Below the pieces are notes generated by a model that saw only the letters and a program-made list of their open reading frames with translations, made no database searches and was not told the origin of the DNA. Both the position numbers and the translations under genes were made by a program. From an uncultured Bacillota bacterium (GTDB taxonomy: Bacteria; Bacillota; Clostridia; Acetivibrionales; DTU013): a stretch of 64,000 nt of DNA. Within the stretch, counting starts at the first letter, position 1; each line of letters opens with the position of its first letter. This document shows, piece after piece, positions 26,788 to 36,491 of the stretch. The DNA lies in the NCBI GenBank assembly GCA_942493145.1, contig OW818679.1, forward strand, positions 1,623,552-1,687,551. Reading direction: 5' to 3'.

Positions 26788-26949
26788 TTAATATGGTGTT
26801 AATGAGTATAGATACGAATATACTATCCATATAATTGCAATGATAATCAACGCAATTACTGACGATATTATTAATGCTTTGCGTTTCTTTAGTATTCCAT
26901 AGATTAAACTTATAAGCGAAATTCCAATAAGACTAAAACCTAAAGCCAT
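26788..26949 (-). CDS. Possible 53-aa two-helix membrane peptide (below the ORF-track cutoff)
   Basis: ATG preceded by ggggggtg at 6 nt. Translation is MALGFSLIGISLISLIYGILKKRKALIISSVIALIIIAIIWIVYSYLYSLTPY. Confidence 0.35.
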   Translation of the reverse strand: MALGFSLIGISLISLIYGILKKRKALIISSVIALIIIAIIWIVYSYLYSLTPY

Positions 26950-27108
26950 ATCTTACACCCCCCATATATTAAACCCCCATATCGAAACACGATTCATAAT
27001 TGTATCTAAAAAATAAGCTATAAATTGAATAGTGAATAATATACGAATATATGATAATTATGCTCTGGATAATATAACAATACAATAGAAATTTTTCCTG
27101 GCAAAAAA

Positions 27109-28566
27109 TCAGTCTCTCCAGACCGGGACCAGCGCATCGTTCATCATGGATTCGTATTTCGTGTTATCCAGAACCACAGTTCTATTTGATAATTGTAATT
27201 TTTCTTTTTTTATAATTGTAACATTATAATATTTAAGCACAGGTGTTCCATCCCGCATTTTGACAATAAAGCCCATCGGGAATTTTCCTTCCAGAGTATC
27301 CACGTAGTCCATGTACTCCCTCGAATCGGTGATTTTCCGGAGAAGAGGCGTTTTGGCGTCATAGGCACTTTTGGTTCCTATCAATACCGGACGGAAGGAC
27401 GAGGCATCAAGCCAGCCTGAGTATTGATCCCAGTCATCACCAAGATAGCTTTCCAAATTGAAGGGTTTGTTATTGTAAGTGACCCCCCTCTCGTCTATGC
27501 CGAACTCACGGGAATTGTAAGAAGCCTGGAGGGTGTCCAGCAGGCTGTCGAACAGAGAGAAGCGCTCAGCGCAGATCTTGTATAAAGAGGCATGAAGGGC
27601 GCTGACATTTTTTTCAGTGATTTCCGGCATGAAACGGACAAGCCACGGCTTGTTTTTATCCAGATACTTTTTAGACGCTGATTCGTAGGACACTGCAAGG
27701 GTTTCGGCAATAAAGCCGGAGAAGCTGCCCGGATTTGAGCTGAAATTTTCCACAAGTCTGGTGAATCTTTCACCCAAGGCACCTTCCTCGCAATATTCAC
27801 TAAGCACCTCTATGCAGTCGGTGCATTCCTCGGCAAACCAGTCGAGGTTGTCGCCGTAAGCGCTTATGGAATGGGGGAAAAGGGACTCATCCAGGTTATA
27901 CACCATAACCATTCGGATGTCCTCAAAGTATATGTCGGTTAGCATGGGCAGCATATCCCAATCAGACAGGACAATTTCATATGTATAATCATCAAAGTCA
28001 AAGTCGTGGTCGATACCATATACTGATGCCAGTCGGTTAAACGGAAATTTATCCAGCGGAAGCCATATTTTGCCAAGATATACCCCGGCAGGAGATATTG
28101 TTAATGTTCCATTATTGCAGGTTGTATTTGTTGAGAGCTTCAAAGGGAGGCGCAGAAAATCTCCATAAGTTATTTCAGTGGATATGAGAATGCCTTTGGG
28201 GGTTATATCCAGCCCATAGCTTTGAAGGGTCAATCCATTGCTTTCCAGATCACTGGTAATTTCGCCTATTATATCTTCATTTTCAATTTCCTTCAGGAGC
28301 CACCACAAATCTGATTTATCGATGCTGAGTTCCATTTTTAAGGTGGATGCATCGAAAGAATAGCGCTCCGACGCTGGCATGGGCTCGGCTGAGATAATGG
28401 CGGCAACGTCGTCACTGGTAGTTTTGGCATTTTTAGAGTAGATATACAATGCTGTTGAAGCTGCAATTACTATAAGGACAAGTACAAGAATGATGAAAAG
28501 CAGTTTTTTAAATATTGATTTTACCGTGGATTTTTTCTTTAATTCTGTATTTTGTGTCATATTCAT
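27109..28566 (-). CDS. N-terminally membrane-anchored protein of unknown function
   Basis: 485 aa with a single TM (LLFIILVLVLIVIAASTALYIY) and then an acidic, Trp/Tyr-rich extracytoplasmic region. I recognise no motif. Confidence 0.6.
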   Translation of the reverse strand: MNMTQNTELKKKSTVKSIFKKLLFIILVLVLIVIAASTALYIYSKNAKTTSDDVAAIISAEPMPASERYSFDASTLKMELSIDKSDLWWLLKEIENEDIIGEITSDLESNGLTLQSYGLDITPKGILISTEITYGDFLRLPLKLSTNTTCNNGTLTISPAGVYLGKIWLPLDKFPFNRLASVYGIDHDFDFDDYTYEIVLSDWDMLPMLTDIYFEDIRMVMVYNLDESLFPHSISAYGDNLDWFAEECTDCIEVLSEYCEEGALGERFTRLVENFSSNPGSFSGFIAETLAVSYESASKKYLDKNKPWLVRFMPEITEKNVSALHASLYKICAERFSLFDSLLDTLQASYNSREFGIDERGVTYNNKPFNLESYLGDDWDQYSGWLDASSFRPVLIGTKSAYDAKTPLLRKITDSREYMDYVDTLEGKFPMGFIVKMRDGTPVLKYYNVTIIKKEKLQLSNRTVVLDNTKYESMMNDALVPVWRD

Positions 28567-28797
28567 CGCTCCATGATTCCTATGAAATTTATTATATCGT
28601 GAAAGTTGAATTGCATTATGTTAATTCGAGTAAATAATATCACGACAACCCAATAGTGGCAAGAGACCCACAAATATGTTGAACGACAAAATAGTTTTTT
28701 TCTCTAATGGATATAATATTTAACAATCCAATGCATTATCGGATTACTTTAAAGCACATAGAACAAATTATACAGTCTGGAGAAAGGTTGGTATTTT

Positions 28798-30411
28798 TTG
28801 CTTGATTTGCTTTTTAAAAAACTACATTTTCAAAAAATGACAAACAATAGTCCTAAAAAGGCTTCAGGACAGCAAAGATCCCCTGTATGTCTTTCAAGCA
28901 GCCTGGAGAAGAATCTTCAAATTTTAAGAGAGGCTCTTGGCCAAAGTATGGATGTTATTATCCGTGAGTTGAAGATTGACATAAATTCGAACTTTGATGC
29001 AGCAGTTGTCTATATTGATGGTTTGGTCGACAGGGATCTGGTAAATCACGATATTTTACAACCATTAATGTTTAATCTGCAGTTGATTAAAGACAATACT
29101 GGACAATACCACTCTAGACTAATTGATTTTATTAAATCAAGTGTGTTGACTGTAGGGCAAATAACTGGAACAGAGATTATTGACAGAGTTATATCAGACG
29201 TTCTGTCAGGTCATACGGCAATCCTGGTAGAAGGCGTAACTCAGGCCCTGCTTATAGATGCTAAAGGCTGGGAATCGCGAAATATTGAGGAGTCCAAAAG
29301 CGAGGTGTCAATTCGGGGACCAAAAGACAGTTTTACAGAAACACTGCGCACCAACACCGCTTTACTACGCCGAAAGATCAGGGATCCTCGTTTGACGTTT
29401 CAAAGCCTGCAAATTGGGGAGAGATCAAAAACGGATGTTTCAGTTGTCTATATCAAGGGAATCACTCCTGACTATCTTGTTGAAGAAATCAATCAAAGGT
29501 TAAAACGAATAGATACCGATAGCATTCTGGATATTGGCTATATAGAACAATATATTGAGGATAGTCCAACATCACTGTTTCCCACTGTGGGTACCAGCGA
29601 AAGACCTGATGTAGCTACTGCCAAAATATTGGAAGGCCGTGTTGCCATATTGGTTGATGGTTCCCCTATGGCCCTGACGATGCCTTTTTTATTTCTCGAA
29701 GGTTTCCAAAACCCGGATGATTATTATGCCCGGCCATTTTTTGCTACATTTGTGCGATGGCTTAGATTGCTGGGCTTTCTGCTTAGTATCTTTTTGCCAG
29801 GCATCTATGTCGCATTAAGTGCTTTTCACCCGGAATTGTATCCTGCGGAATTGCTCATTTCGGTGGCGGCTGCCAGGGAAGGGGTTCCTTTTCCTGTAGT
29901 ATTAGAAGCCCTGTTAATGCTTATCCTCTTCGAAATCCTGCGGGAGGCGGGTCTTAGAATGCCCAGGTCACTTGGTCAGGCAGTCAGTATCGTGGGCGCA
30001 CTGGTAATCGGGCAGGCAGCCGTATCAGCCGGCTTGGTAGGAGCCCCCATGGTAATAGTCGTCTCAACTACGGCTATTGCATCTTTTTTAGTAGGTCCTC
30101 TTGCTGACCTTGCAGCCTTATTGCGCTTAATTATGACAGTTGTGGCTGGCTTTCTGGGACTATTTGGAATAATAATTATTTTGATGGAGATACTCAGTCA
30201 CCTGGTTTCTTTACGCTCCCTGGGGGTACCTTATTTATCGCCCGTAGCTCCACTCAACATTCGCGGGCTGAAGGATATTTTTCTACGGGCACCCTTATGG
30301 GCAATGGACAGCCGTCCTGAATTTTTGGATCCAGTCGATAAGAGGAGGCAATCACCAGGTCACAGGCCTCAGGCTCCCAAAATCAGACATAATAAGAGGG
30401 ATGGACAATAA
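28798..30411 (+). CDS. Spore germination protein, GerA/GerKA family (A subunit)
   Basis: Typical GerA-family core (VYIDGLVD, GWESRNIEE, SIRGPKDSFTE, LRRKIRDPRL) plus C-terminal TM helices. The start is uncertain (TTG 28798 or ATG 28837). Confidence 0.9.
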   Translation: MLDLLFKKLHFQKMTNNSPKKASGQQRSPVCLSSSLEKNLQILREALGQSMDVIIRELKIDINSNFDAAVVYIDGLVDRDLVNHDILQPLMFNLQLIKDNTGQYHSRLIDFIKSSVLTVGQITGTEIIDRVISDVLSGHTAILVEGVTQALLIDAKGWESRNIEESKSEVSIRGPKDSFTETLRTNTALLRRKIRDPRLTFQSLQIGERSKTDVSVVYIKGITPDYLVEEINQRLKRIDTDSILDIGYIEQYIEDSPTSLFPTVGTSERPDVATAKILEGRVAILVDGSPMALTMPFLFLEGFQNPDDYYARPFFATFVRWLRLLGFLLSIFLPGIYVALSAFHPELYPAELLISVAAAREGVPFPVVLEALLMLILFEILREAGLRMPRSLGQAVSIVGALVIGQAAVSAGLVGAPMVIVVSTTAIASFLVGPLADLAALLRLIMTVVAGFLGLFGIIIILMEILSHLVSLRSLGVPYLSPVAPLNIRGLKDIFLRAPLWAMDSRPEFLDPVDKRRQSPGHRPQAPKIRHNKRDGQ

Positions 30412-31595
30412 TGAAAGGACAACATTCTAAATTTTACGTGCTTGTCTTATTAATCGTTATCCCAGTATTTTTATCCGGCTGTTGGGATAGCACGGAGCTA
30501 AATAAAATTTCAATTGTAGCCGGTATAGGTTGGGATATCGATCCGGATACAGGAGAGGTTACGTTTAGCGTTCAATCCATTATTCCAAGAGAAGTGAAAG
30601 TTTCTTCCGGTTCAAGTGGAGGCGCGGAAGAACAAGGGGGTCATACACGCCAAGTCACTCAAGTGGATCAAGATACGGGTCCATCCATGTATGATGCAAT
30701 AACGCGCCTTTCCCAGCACGTCAGTCGGTTTCCATTTTACGAACATACCCTGGTTTATATATTCGGCAAGGATGGTGTACAACAAGGAATATATCAGTTT
30801 ATTGATGTACAGGCCAGGAATCCGGACAGCCGTCCCACCGCTTTAATGGTAGTTTCCGCCGAGAAAAAAGCTACTGATATTATGCAAATTCAGGACGGCA
30901 TGGAAAACGTTCAGGCAATGGGATTGGCTGATGAGATAAAACTGTCAGCTCGTTTATCCAAATACCCTGCGGTGACAGTTCTGGATTTTCAAAAGTGCAT
31001 ATTGAGTAAAACCACTGCTCCCGTTGCTCCTATAGTGGGTATTGTTGAGGAGACTGGCCACAATGGGGAAAAGATCCCCAAAATACGTATTATCGGAACA
31101 GCAGTTTTCAAAGCGGATAGGATGATAGGGCAACTGAATGAGCGCGAATCAAGCGGACTTCTATGGGCTACCAACAAAATAAAAATTGGATTTCTAACAA
31201 TCCCGGAAGCGAACCTGGAGATTGTTAAGGCTAAAAGTAAAATCGTTCCTGAACTGCATGAAGACAAAATTAAAATAACCGTTGAAATAGAAGAAGAGTC
31301 TGACCTGGTACTGTATAAAGGCCGCCAGGATATCACCGACGAAATCCTGCAAAAATTAGAAGAAGACCAGAATAAAGAGATTGAGAGTCAGGTAATGGAA
31401 GCAGTTGAGAAATCCTTTGCTCTTGATGCAGATATTTTCGGGTTTGGGGAGGCGGTTCATCGTAAACATAAAAAGGAATGGAAAGACCTTCAATCGAGGT
31501 GGGACGAAATATATCCAGATACTGAAGTTGTGGTAAAGGTAAAAACTCATATCAATGAAATCGGGGAAGTCAGTAAAGCTTTATTAAAGGATTAA
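30411..31595 (+). CDS. Ger(x)C-family spore germination lipoprotein (C subunit)
   Basis: Lipobox LSGCWD is present. The length and GerxC-like core fit the family, and the ATG overlaps the upstream stop (taATGa). Confidence 0.85.
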   Translation: MKGQHSKFYVLVLLIVIPVFLSGCWDSTELNKISIVAGIGWDIDPDTGEVTFSVQSIIPREVKVSSGSSGGAEEQGGHTRQVTQVDQDTGPSMYDAITRLSQHVSRFPFYEHTLVYIFGKDGVQQGIYQFIDVQARNPDSRPTALMVVSAEKKATDIMQIQDGMENVQAMGLADEIKLSARLSKYPAVTVLDFQKCILSKTTAPVAPIVGIVEETGHNGEKIPKIRIIGTAVFKADRMIGQLNERESSGLLWATNKIKIGFLTIPEANLEIVKAKSKIVPELHEDKIKITVEIEEESDLVLYKGRQDITDEILQKLEEDQNKEIESQVMEAVEKSFALDADIFGFGEAVHRKHKKEWKDLQSRWDEIYPDTEVVVKVKTHINEIGEVSKALLKD

Positions 31596-31617
31596 GGCAG
31601 AAGCAGGAGCGTGATAT

Positions 31618-32718
31618 ATGTCTTTGGAGAAAGGTAAAATATCAAATTTCCAACTAGGCGTCTTGATTATAGGGTTTGTTTTTGGCTCTTCTGTCATAAT
31701 TCCTCCTGGCCAGGGTGCCGGGCACGATGCCTGGATTGCGGTTGCTTTAGGATTGTTGGAAGCCTTATTGATAGTCTGGATATACACCATCCTGGCCAGG
31801 CAATTTAAAGATAAGACGATTATAGAAATAAATTCTCTTGTCTACGGTAAGATTCTGGGGAAATGCATATCCGTACTATTCATATGGTATCTTTTTCATT
31901 TGGGCGCATTGGTTTTAGACAATTACTGCCGGTTTTTCAAATTGGAGATATACCCTGATACTCCGAAAACAATTACGCTTCTTTTCCTGATGCTGGCGTG
32001 TGCATCAACCGTGGGCAGGGGTATAGAAGTATTAGCCAGATGCAGCATGATTCTGGTACCACTATCAATTTTTGTTGCATTTGCAGATACGCTTTTATTA
32101 ATTCCGAATATTGACCTCCGAAACCTGATACCTGTTCTGGATATGCCCATCGGCGAACTATTATGGGCTGGTCATGGTGCTGCGAGTTTTCCCTTTGCGG
32201 AAACAGTAGCATTTTTAATGGTATTGGCTTTTATTGAAAAACCAGAAAAAGGACCAACTGCTTTTTTCAGGGGTTTACTAATAGTTGGATTTATTCTGAT
32301 AATGGTTGCAGTTCGAAATACCGGGGTGTTGGGACCAATGGCCGCAAGTACCATTTATCCATCCTACCTTTCAGCACAAGTCATCGACATAGGTGATGTT
32401 CTAAACAGGGTTGAGGTTGTGATCAGTATTAATTTAATCACAATGGGGTTTGTTAAAATCTCGGTTTTGCTTTATGGAACGACTTTGGGTCTGGCCCAGG
32501 TTTTAAATTTACGCAGTTACCGCACGATAATTCTTCCGATTGGGATACTCATGGTAATTTTAGCCCTGACTAGTCAACGGAACACTATGGAAATGATTGA
32601 GTTCGCGAGTAAGGGCTACTCAATCTATGCAGTTCCTTTTCAAATCGGAATTCCGCTGGTAACGCTGATTGTTGCTAAAATAAGAAAGCTGCCTCAAACA
32701 GGGGGTGGAAAGGTATGA
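31618..32718 (+). CDS. Spore germination protein, GerAB/GerKB family permease (B subunit)
   Basis: 366 aa with ~10 TM helices. The N-terminus KISNFQLGVLIIGFVFGSS is typical of the family. Confidence 0.85.
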   Translation: MSLEKGKISNFQLGVLIIGFVFGSSVIIPPGQGAGHDAWIAVALGLLEALLIVWIYTILARQFKDKTIIEINSLVYGKILGKCISVLFIWYLFHLGALVLDNYCRFFKLEIYPDTPKTITLLFLMLACASTVGRGIEVLARCSMILVPLSIFVAFADTLLLIPNIDLRNLIPVLDMPIGELLWAGHGAASFPFAETVAFLMVLAFIEKPEKGPTAFFRGLLIVGFILIMVAVRNTGVLGPMAASTIYPSYLSAQVIDIGDVLNRVEVVISINLITMGFVKISVLLYGTTLGLAQVLNLRSYRTIILPIGILMVILALTSQRNTMEMIEFASKGYSIYAVPFQIGIPLVTLIVAKIRKLPQTGGGKV

Positions 32719-32924
32719 TTGTATTATTGTTCATCGGGTTCGGAATTGTGGCCTTGATACAAATACCTGGTCTGGTGAGAAAAAGCTGGTGGAGGGAATT
32801 GATTACCTTTATAGTCTTATGGTCAGCCGGTTTGATTCTTGGTATAATGCTGGCAGCCGGGGTAAAAATACCTCACATAACAACAATAATTAGCAAATTT
32901 ATTACCGGAATGTTTGGAATTTAG
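32715..32924 (+). CDS. Small two-helix membrane protein coupled to the ger operon
   Basis: 69 aa with a 4-nt overlap (ATGA) with the B subunit gene. Confidence 0.5.
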   Translation: MIVLLFIGFGIVALIQIPGLVRKSWWRELITFIVLWSAGLILGIMLAAGVKIPHITTIISKFITGMFGI

Positions 32925-32927
32925 AAA

Positions 32928-32990
32928 GTTTGACAAAGGGATGGGGGAGTGTCAACCAGAGGTTTGACACTCCCCCTGTCCCTTTGTCAA
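32928..32990. terminator. Long imperfect hairpin (13 + 11 bp) between convergent genes, bidirectional terminator candidate
   Basis: gtttgacaaagggatgggggagtgtcaa / ttgacactccccctgtccctttgtcaac, followed by a duplicated ctttgtcaa. Confidence 0.6.
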
Positions 32991-33021
32991 CTTTGTCAAA
33001 CTGCTTCTCAACTGAATGATT

Positions 33022-33843
33022 TCATTTTGGTTTGCTTATAAACTGCTGGGTAAACATGTAGCCATATTGTCCACCTTTTTGTATTCCAATTCCAATATGT
33101 GTATAATCGGTGCTCAAAATATTTTTTCTATGCCCAGGTGAATTCATCAATCCATTGTGAGCTTCTTGCACAGATTGGTTACCTGCGATGTTTTCGCCAG
33201 CTTGTACATAGTTTATGCCAAAAGATCTCATCATATCAAATGGGCTGCCGTATTTTGGCGAGTTGTGGCTGAAGTAATCATTGTCAATCATATCTTGAGA
33301 TTTAATCCTTGCGACCTTGGTTAATTCCATATCTATGAGTAATGCAGGTACATTGGCTTCAGATCTCGCTTGATTAACAAGTTTAAACATTTCTTGTTCC
33401 TCAGATGTTAAAGCACTATTGTTGGTTTGTGTTGCATCCGGAGCATTCTGTTTGTTATCTTGTGCTGTTCCGGAATTAGTATCTGGCGCAGTTGAAGTAT
33501 TGTTTGCTGTCGTACCAGGCTTAATTTCATCAGGCACAACAGGGGTAGTTTGTTGTTCCGGAATAAAGCCTATACTATTATCTGAAAGCTTAACTGCATA
33601 CCAATCTTCAACTTTACTAATTACATCAAGCTTGTTGTCCTTACTCACAGTTTGAATTACAGGTGTATTACTGGAACAACCAGATCTTATATCAACTTGA
33701 TCAGCTGTTACCTTAATCCTTGTTATATCATTCATTCCAGAAATCGAAGATTCAGCACCTTTTACAGCTTGCTGTCCGCATGAGGTTAAAAGGGTCATTG
33801 CCAGAATCAGGAATATAACAAGCGGACTTCTTTTCATAACCAT
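33022..33843 (-). CDS. Secreted lipoprotein with SH3-like and CAP/SCP (YkwD-like) domains
   Basis: Signal peptide with LLTSCG lipobox, an SH3-like block (VTADQVDIRSG...WYAVKL), a low-complexity linker, and a CAP domain (NYFSHNSPKYGSPFDM...GENIAGN...MNSPGHRKNIL). Confidence 0.8.
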   Translation of the reverse strand: MVMKRSPLVIFLILAMTLLTSCGQQAVKGAESSISGMNDITRIKVTADQVDIRSGCSSNTPVIQTVSKDNKLDVISKVEDWYAVKLSDNSIGFIPEQQTTPVVPDEIKPGTTANNTSTAPDTNSGTAQDNKQNAPDATQTNNSALTSEEQEMFKLVNQARSEANVPALLIDMELTKVARIKSQDMIDNDYFSHNSPKYGSPFDMMRSFGINYVQAGENIAGNQSVQEAHNGLMNSPGHRKNILSTDYTHIGIGIQKGGQYGYMFTQQFISKPK

Positions 33844-34001
33844 ACCTCCTTTTAAAACGAATTTCGAAATAAACTCATATAGTAGTATTTGAAAATAAAT
33901 AATATTTTATTATGTAAATTTTAATTGGTGTGACTGTAAAGCCAAAGTTGATAGAGAATGGAAAGAAATCCATATGGTAGTTGATATATTCTTATAAACA
34001 T

Positions 34002-34035
34002 AAACACTCCCGGGAGAGGAAAACCGGGAGTGTTT
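34002..34035 (-). terminator. Terminator of the thiolase gene
   Basis: aaacactcccgg / ccgggagtgttt is a 12-bp stem that overlaps the stop codon by 2 nt. A T-rich tail follows on the minus strand. Confidence 0.6.
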
Positions 34036-35230
34036 ATTCAGTAAGTCGCTCCAAAATAGTCGCCATGGCCGGCCCGCCGCCAACGCATAGCGATGCGAGT
34101 CCGTAACGCACATTGCGGCGCTTCATTTCATAGATCAGCGAAACCAGAATTCTTGCTCCCGTGCAGCCGACAGGATGGCCCAATCCGATGCCGGAACCAT
34201 TTGTGTTGACCTTGCTCATATCGAGTTTTAGTTCGCGATTACAAGCGAGGAACTGAGCAGCAAATGCTTCGTTTATTTCAAAATAACCTATATCATCCAT
34301 TGTAAGCCCAGCCTGTTCAAGCGCTTTGGGAATGGCAAATGCAGGGCCAATACCCATATATCCCGGCTCCACACCATAGTTTGCTATAGTCACAACACGC
34401 GCAATCGGCTTAATTCCCAAACTTTGTGCTTTTTTTGCGCTGGCCAGAATTAAGGCCGCTGCACCATCGTTGACGCTGGACGAATTTCCCGCGGTAACGG
34501 TGCCTTCCTCTTTTGTGAAAGCAGGACGCAGCTTTGCCAAAGACTCCATAGTGACATCCGCACGCGGATGTTCATCATGTAGAATGGTTTTTTCACCTTT
34601 TTTGGTTTTGACGGTAACAGGTGCAATCTCATCATCAAACCGCCCTGCATCAATAGCTGCAACAGCATTCGCATGACTACGGACAGACAGCGCATCCTGC
34701 TCTTCGCGGGTAATTCCGTATTTTTTAGCCAGATTTTCAGCTGTTCCGCCCATGTGATAACCGGTAAGCGCACACACTAGTCCGTCACAGAGCATGCTAT
34801 CGGTTACTTTATCCCCATCACCCATCCGATATCCGGAGCGAGCATTCATGAGAAGATATGGTGCATTTGTCATACTCTCGGTTCCGATAGCAACGCCGAC
34901 GTCTATTTTCCCCAGCTGAATTGACGTGGTAACATTTTCAAAAGCACGCATACCTGATGCACATTGCTGGTCGACAGTATACGCCCAGCCAGAAACCGGC
35001 ATGCCGCTCTTAACCTGCACCTGACGTGCTGGGTTTCCTTTTGAGCCCTGCTTATAGAGCATACCAAGTACTACTTCCTGTACCTCTCCCGGGCTGATTC
35101 CACTTCTCTCAATTGCAGCATTGACGGCAGTCATCGCCAGGTCTACCGGCGTCACGTCCTTAAGTTCGCCCAGCAAGTCGCCAATCGGTGTACGGGCAGC
35201 ACCCAGAATAACAACATCATTCAGTTCCAT
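34034..35230 (-). CDS. Acetyl-CoA C-acetyltransferase (thiolase II)
   Basis: 398 aa. Active-site contexts are VDQQCASGMRA, NEAFAAQ and GHPVGCTGARI..LCVGGG. Confidence 0.9.
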   Translation of the reverse strand: MELNDVVILGAARTPIGDLLGELKDVTPVDLAMTAVNAAIERSGISPGEVQEVVLGMLYKQGSKGNPARQVQVKSGMPVSGWAYTVDQQCASGMRAFENVTTSIQLGKIDVGVAIGTESMTNAPYLLMNARSGYRMGDGDKVTDSMLCDGLVCALTGYHMGGTAENLAKKYGITREEQDALSVRSHANAVAAIDAGRFDDEIAPVTVKTKKGEKTILHDEHPRADVTMESLAKLRPAFTKEEGTVTAGNSSSVNDGAAALILASAKKAQSLGIKPIARVVTIANYGVEPGYMGIGPAFAIPKALEQAGLTMDDIGYFEINEAFAAQFLACNRELKLDMSKVNTNGSGIGLGHPVGCTGARILVSLIYEMKRRNVRYGLASLCVGGGPAMATILERLTE

Positions 35231-35268
35231 ATATATCCTCCTCGTATTTTTCTATCAATACGTTGCAT

Positions 35269-35303
35269 GGAAATCCGAATTATTTGGAATCTCCATGTCT
35301 GGC
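35269..35303. repeat. 35-bp copy of the 3' end of the MFS gene (direct repeat, copy 1)
   Basis: attatttggaatctccatgtctgGcaaaTaccata matches 36457..36491 at 33/35 positions. On the minus strand it would read ...MVFARHGDSK*. Confidence 0.85.
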
Positions 35304-35467
35304 AAATACCATAACCATGTTAGCATTTATTGGGGTTGTTTACAACCGCCCCCTTTGGTGCGACAAACCTTGTAGTTGGTTTACAAACATTGAGAAGAAA
35401 AACGAATTATGATATTATATAACACATCCAATATACTCAATGAAAAATTCACTTGGGAGATATTATT

Positions 35468-36442
35468 ATGGATGATTGCTACATCAAATCAATTCAGAAA
35501 GAAAAATTTGATTTAAATAATGAGCTTCTTATTAAAACAATCATTAATTATTCCAATGATACAATTTATTTTAAAGATAAAGAATCAAAGTTCATACTTG
35601 TTGGGAAAGCTCAAGCTGACAGGTTTGGTATTGATGATCCACAAAAGGCAATAGGAAAGTGTGATTTTGATTTTTTCCCAGAAGATCAGGCTAGGAAAGC
35701 ATTTGAAGATGAACAGCGAATAATAAAAACTGGAAATCCAATTTTGGGTAAAATTGAACATGTTGAATGGTCTACTGGTAACTTTTCATGGATGTCCTCA
35801 TCGAAGTATCCATTATATGACTTACAAGGTAATATAATTGGAACTTGGGGGGTTTCCAGGGATATAACTTTGCAAAAGCAGGCGGAGGATGAGCTTGAAA
35901 GGCTAAACAGCCAATTGAAGGAAGTTAATCAAATGCTTGGTTTACTCTCAATTAAAGACTCTCTAAGTAACCTATACAATCATAGATATTGCTTTGAAAT
36001 CATCAACAAGGAATTTGATACGTATAGTAGAAGATTAGAAAATGGAGTGTTACTTACTTCTTCAATAATCATGATGGATATCGACTTTTTCAAAAGAATT
36101 AACGATGAACATGGACATATGGTTGGAGATATTGTAATAAGGAAGGTTGCAGACATTATAAAGGCCAATATAAGAAAAACAGATATTGCTTTTCGTTTCG
36201 GTGGAGATGAATTTGTAGTGTTTTTGCAAGATTCCGGGGTAATTGAGGCAAAAAAAACAGCGGAAAAAATCAGAAAAATGCTAGCACAGACATACTATCC
36301 CATTAATGATAAGAATTTTAATATAACAGCAAGTCTTGGCGTTGCATCTTTTAATGAGGCCGATAATGCAAACCAACTATTTGAAATTGCGGACAAGCGG
36401 CTTTATATATCAAAAGAGAGTGGCAGGAACAGAGTAACTTGA
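35468..36442 (+). CDS. PAS-GGDEF diguanylate cyclase
   Basis: A PAS domain is followed by GGDEF (FRFGGDEFVVFL). ATG at 35468 with RBS gggaga upstream (the track TTG at 35453 is less likely). Confidence 0.85.
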   Translation: MDDCYIKSIQKEKFDLNNELLIKTIINYSNDTIYFKDKESKFILVGKAQADRFGIDDPQKAIGKCDFDFFPEDQARKAFEDEQRIIKTGNPILGKIEHVEWSTGNFSWMSSSKYPLYDLQGNIIGTWGVSRDITLQKQAEDELERLNSQLKEVNQMLGLLSIKDSLSNLYNHRYCFEIINKEFDTYSRRLENGVLLTSSIIMMDIDFFKRINDEHGHMVGDIVIRKVADIIKANIRKTDIAFRFGGDEFVVFLQDSGVIEAKKTAEKIRKMLAQTYYPINDKNFNITASLGVASFNEADNANQLFEIADKRLYISKESGRNRVT

Positions 36443-36456
36443 TTCCTGGAGTCTAC

Positions 36457-36491
36457 ATTATTTGGAATCTCCATGTCTGACAAACACCATA
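36457..36491. repeat. 35-bp direct repeat, copy 2 (functional 3' end of the MFS gene)
   Basis: attatttggaatctccatgtctgAcaaaCaccata. It encodes ...MVFVRHGDSK* on the minus strand. Confidence 0.85.

Noticed and set aside
28700-28797. Possible forespore (sigma-G type) promoter upstream of the ger operon (gcatt ... catagaa)
   Set aside because: The spacing and the -10 match are poor by eye, so I cannot support the call without a position weight matrix scan.
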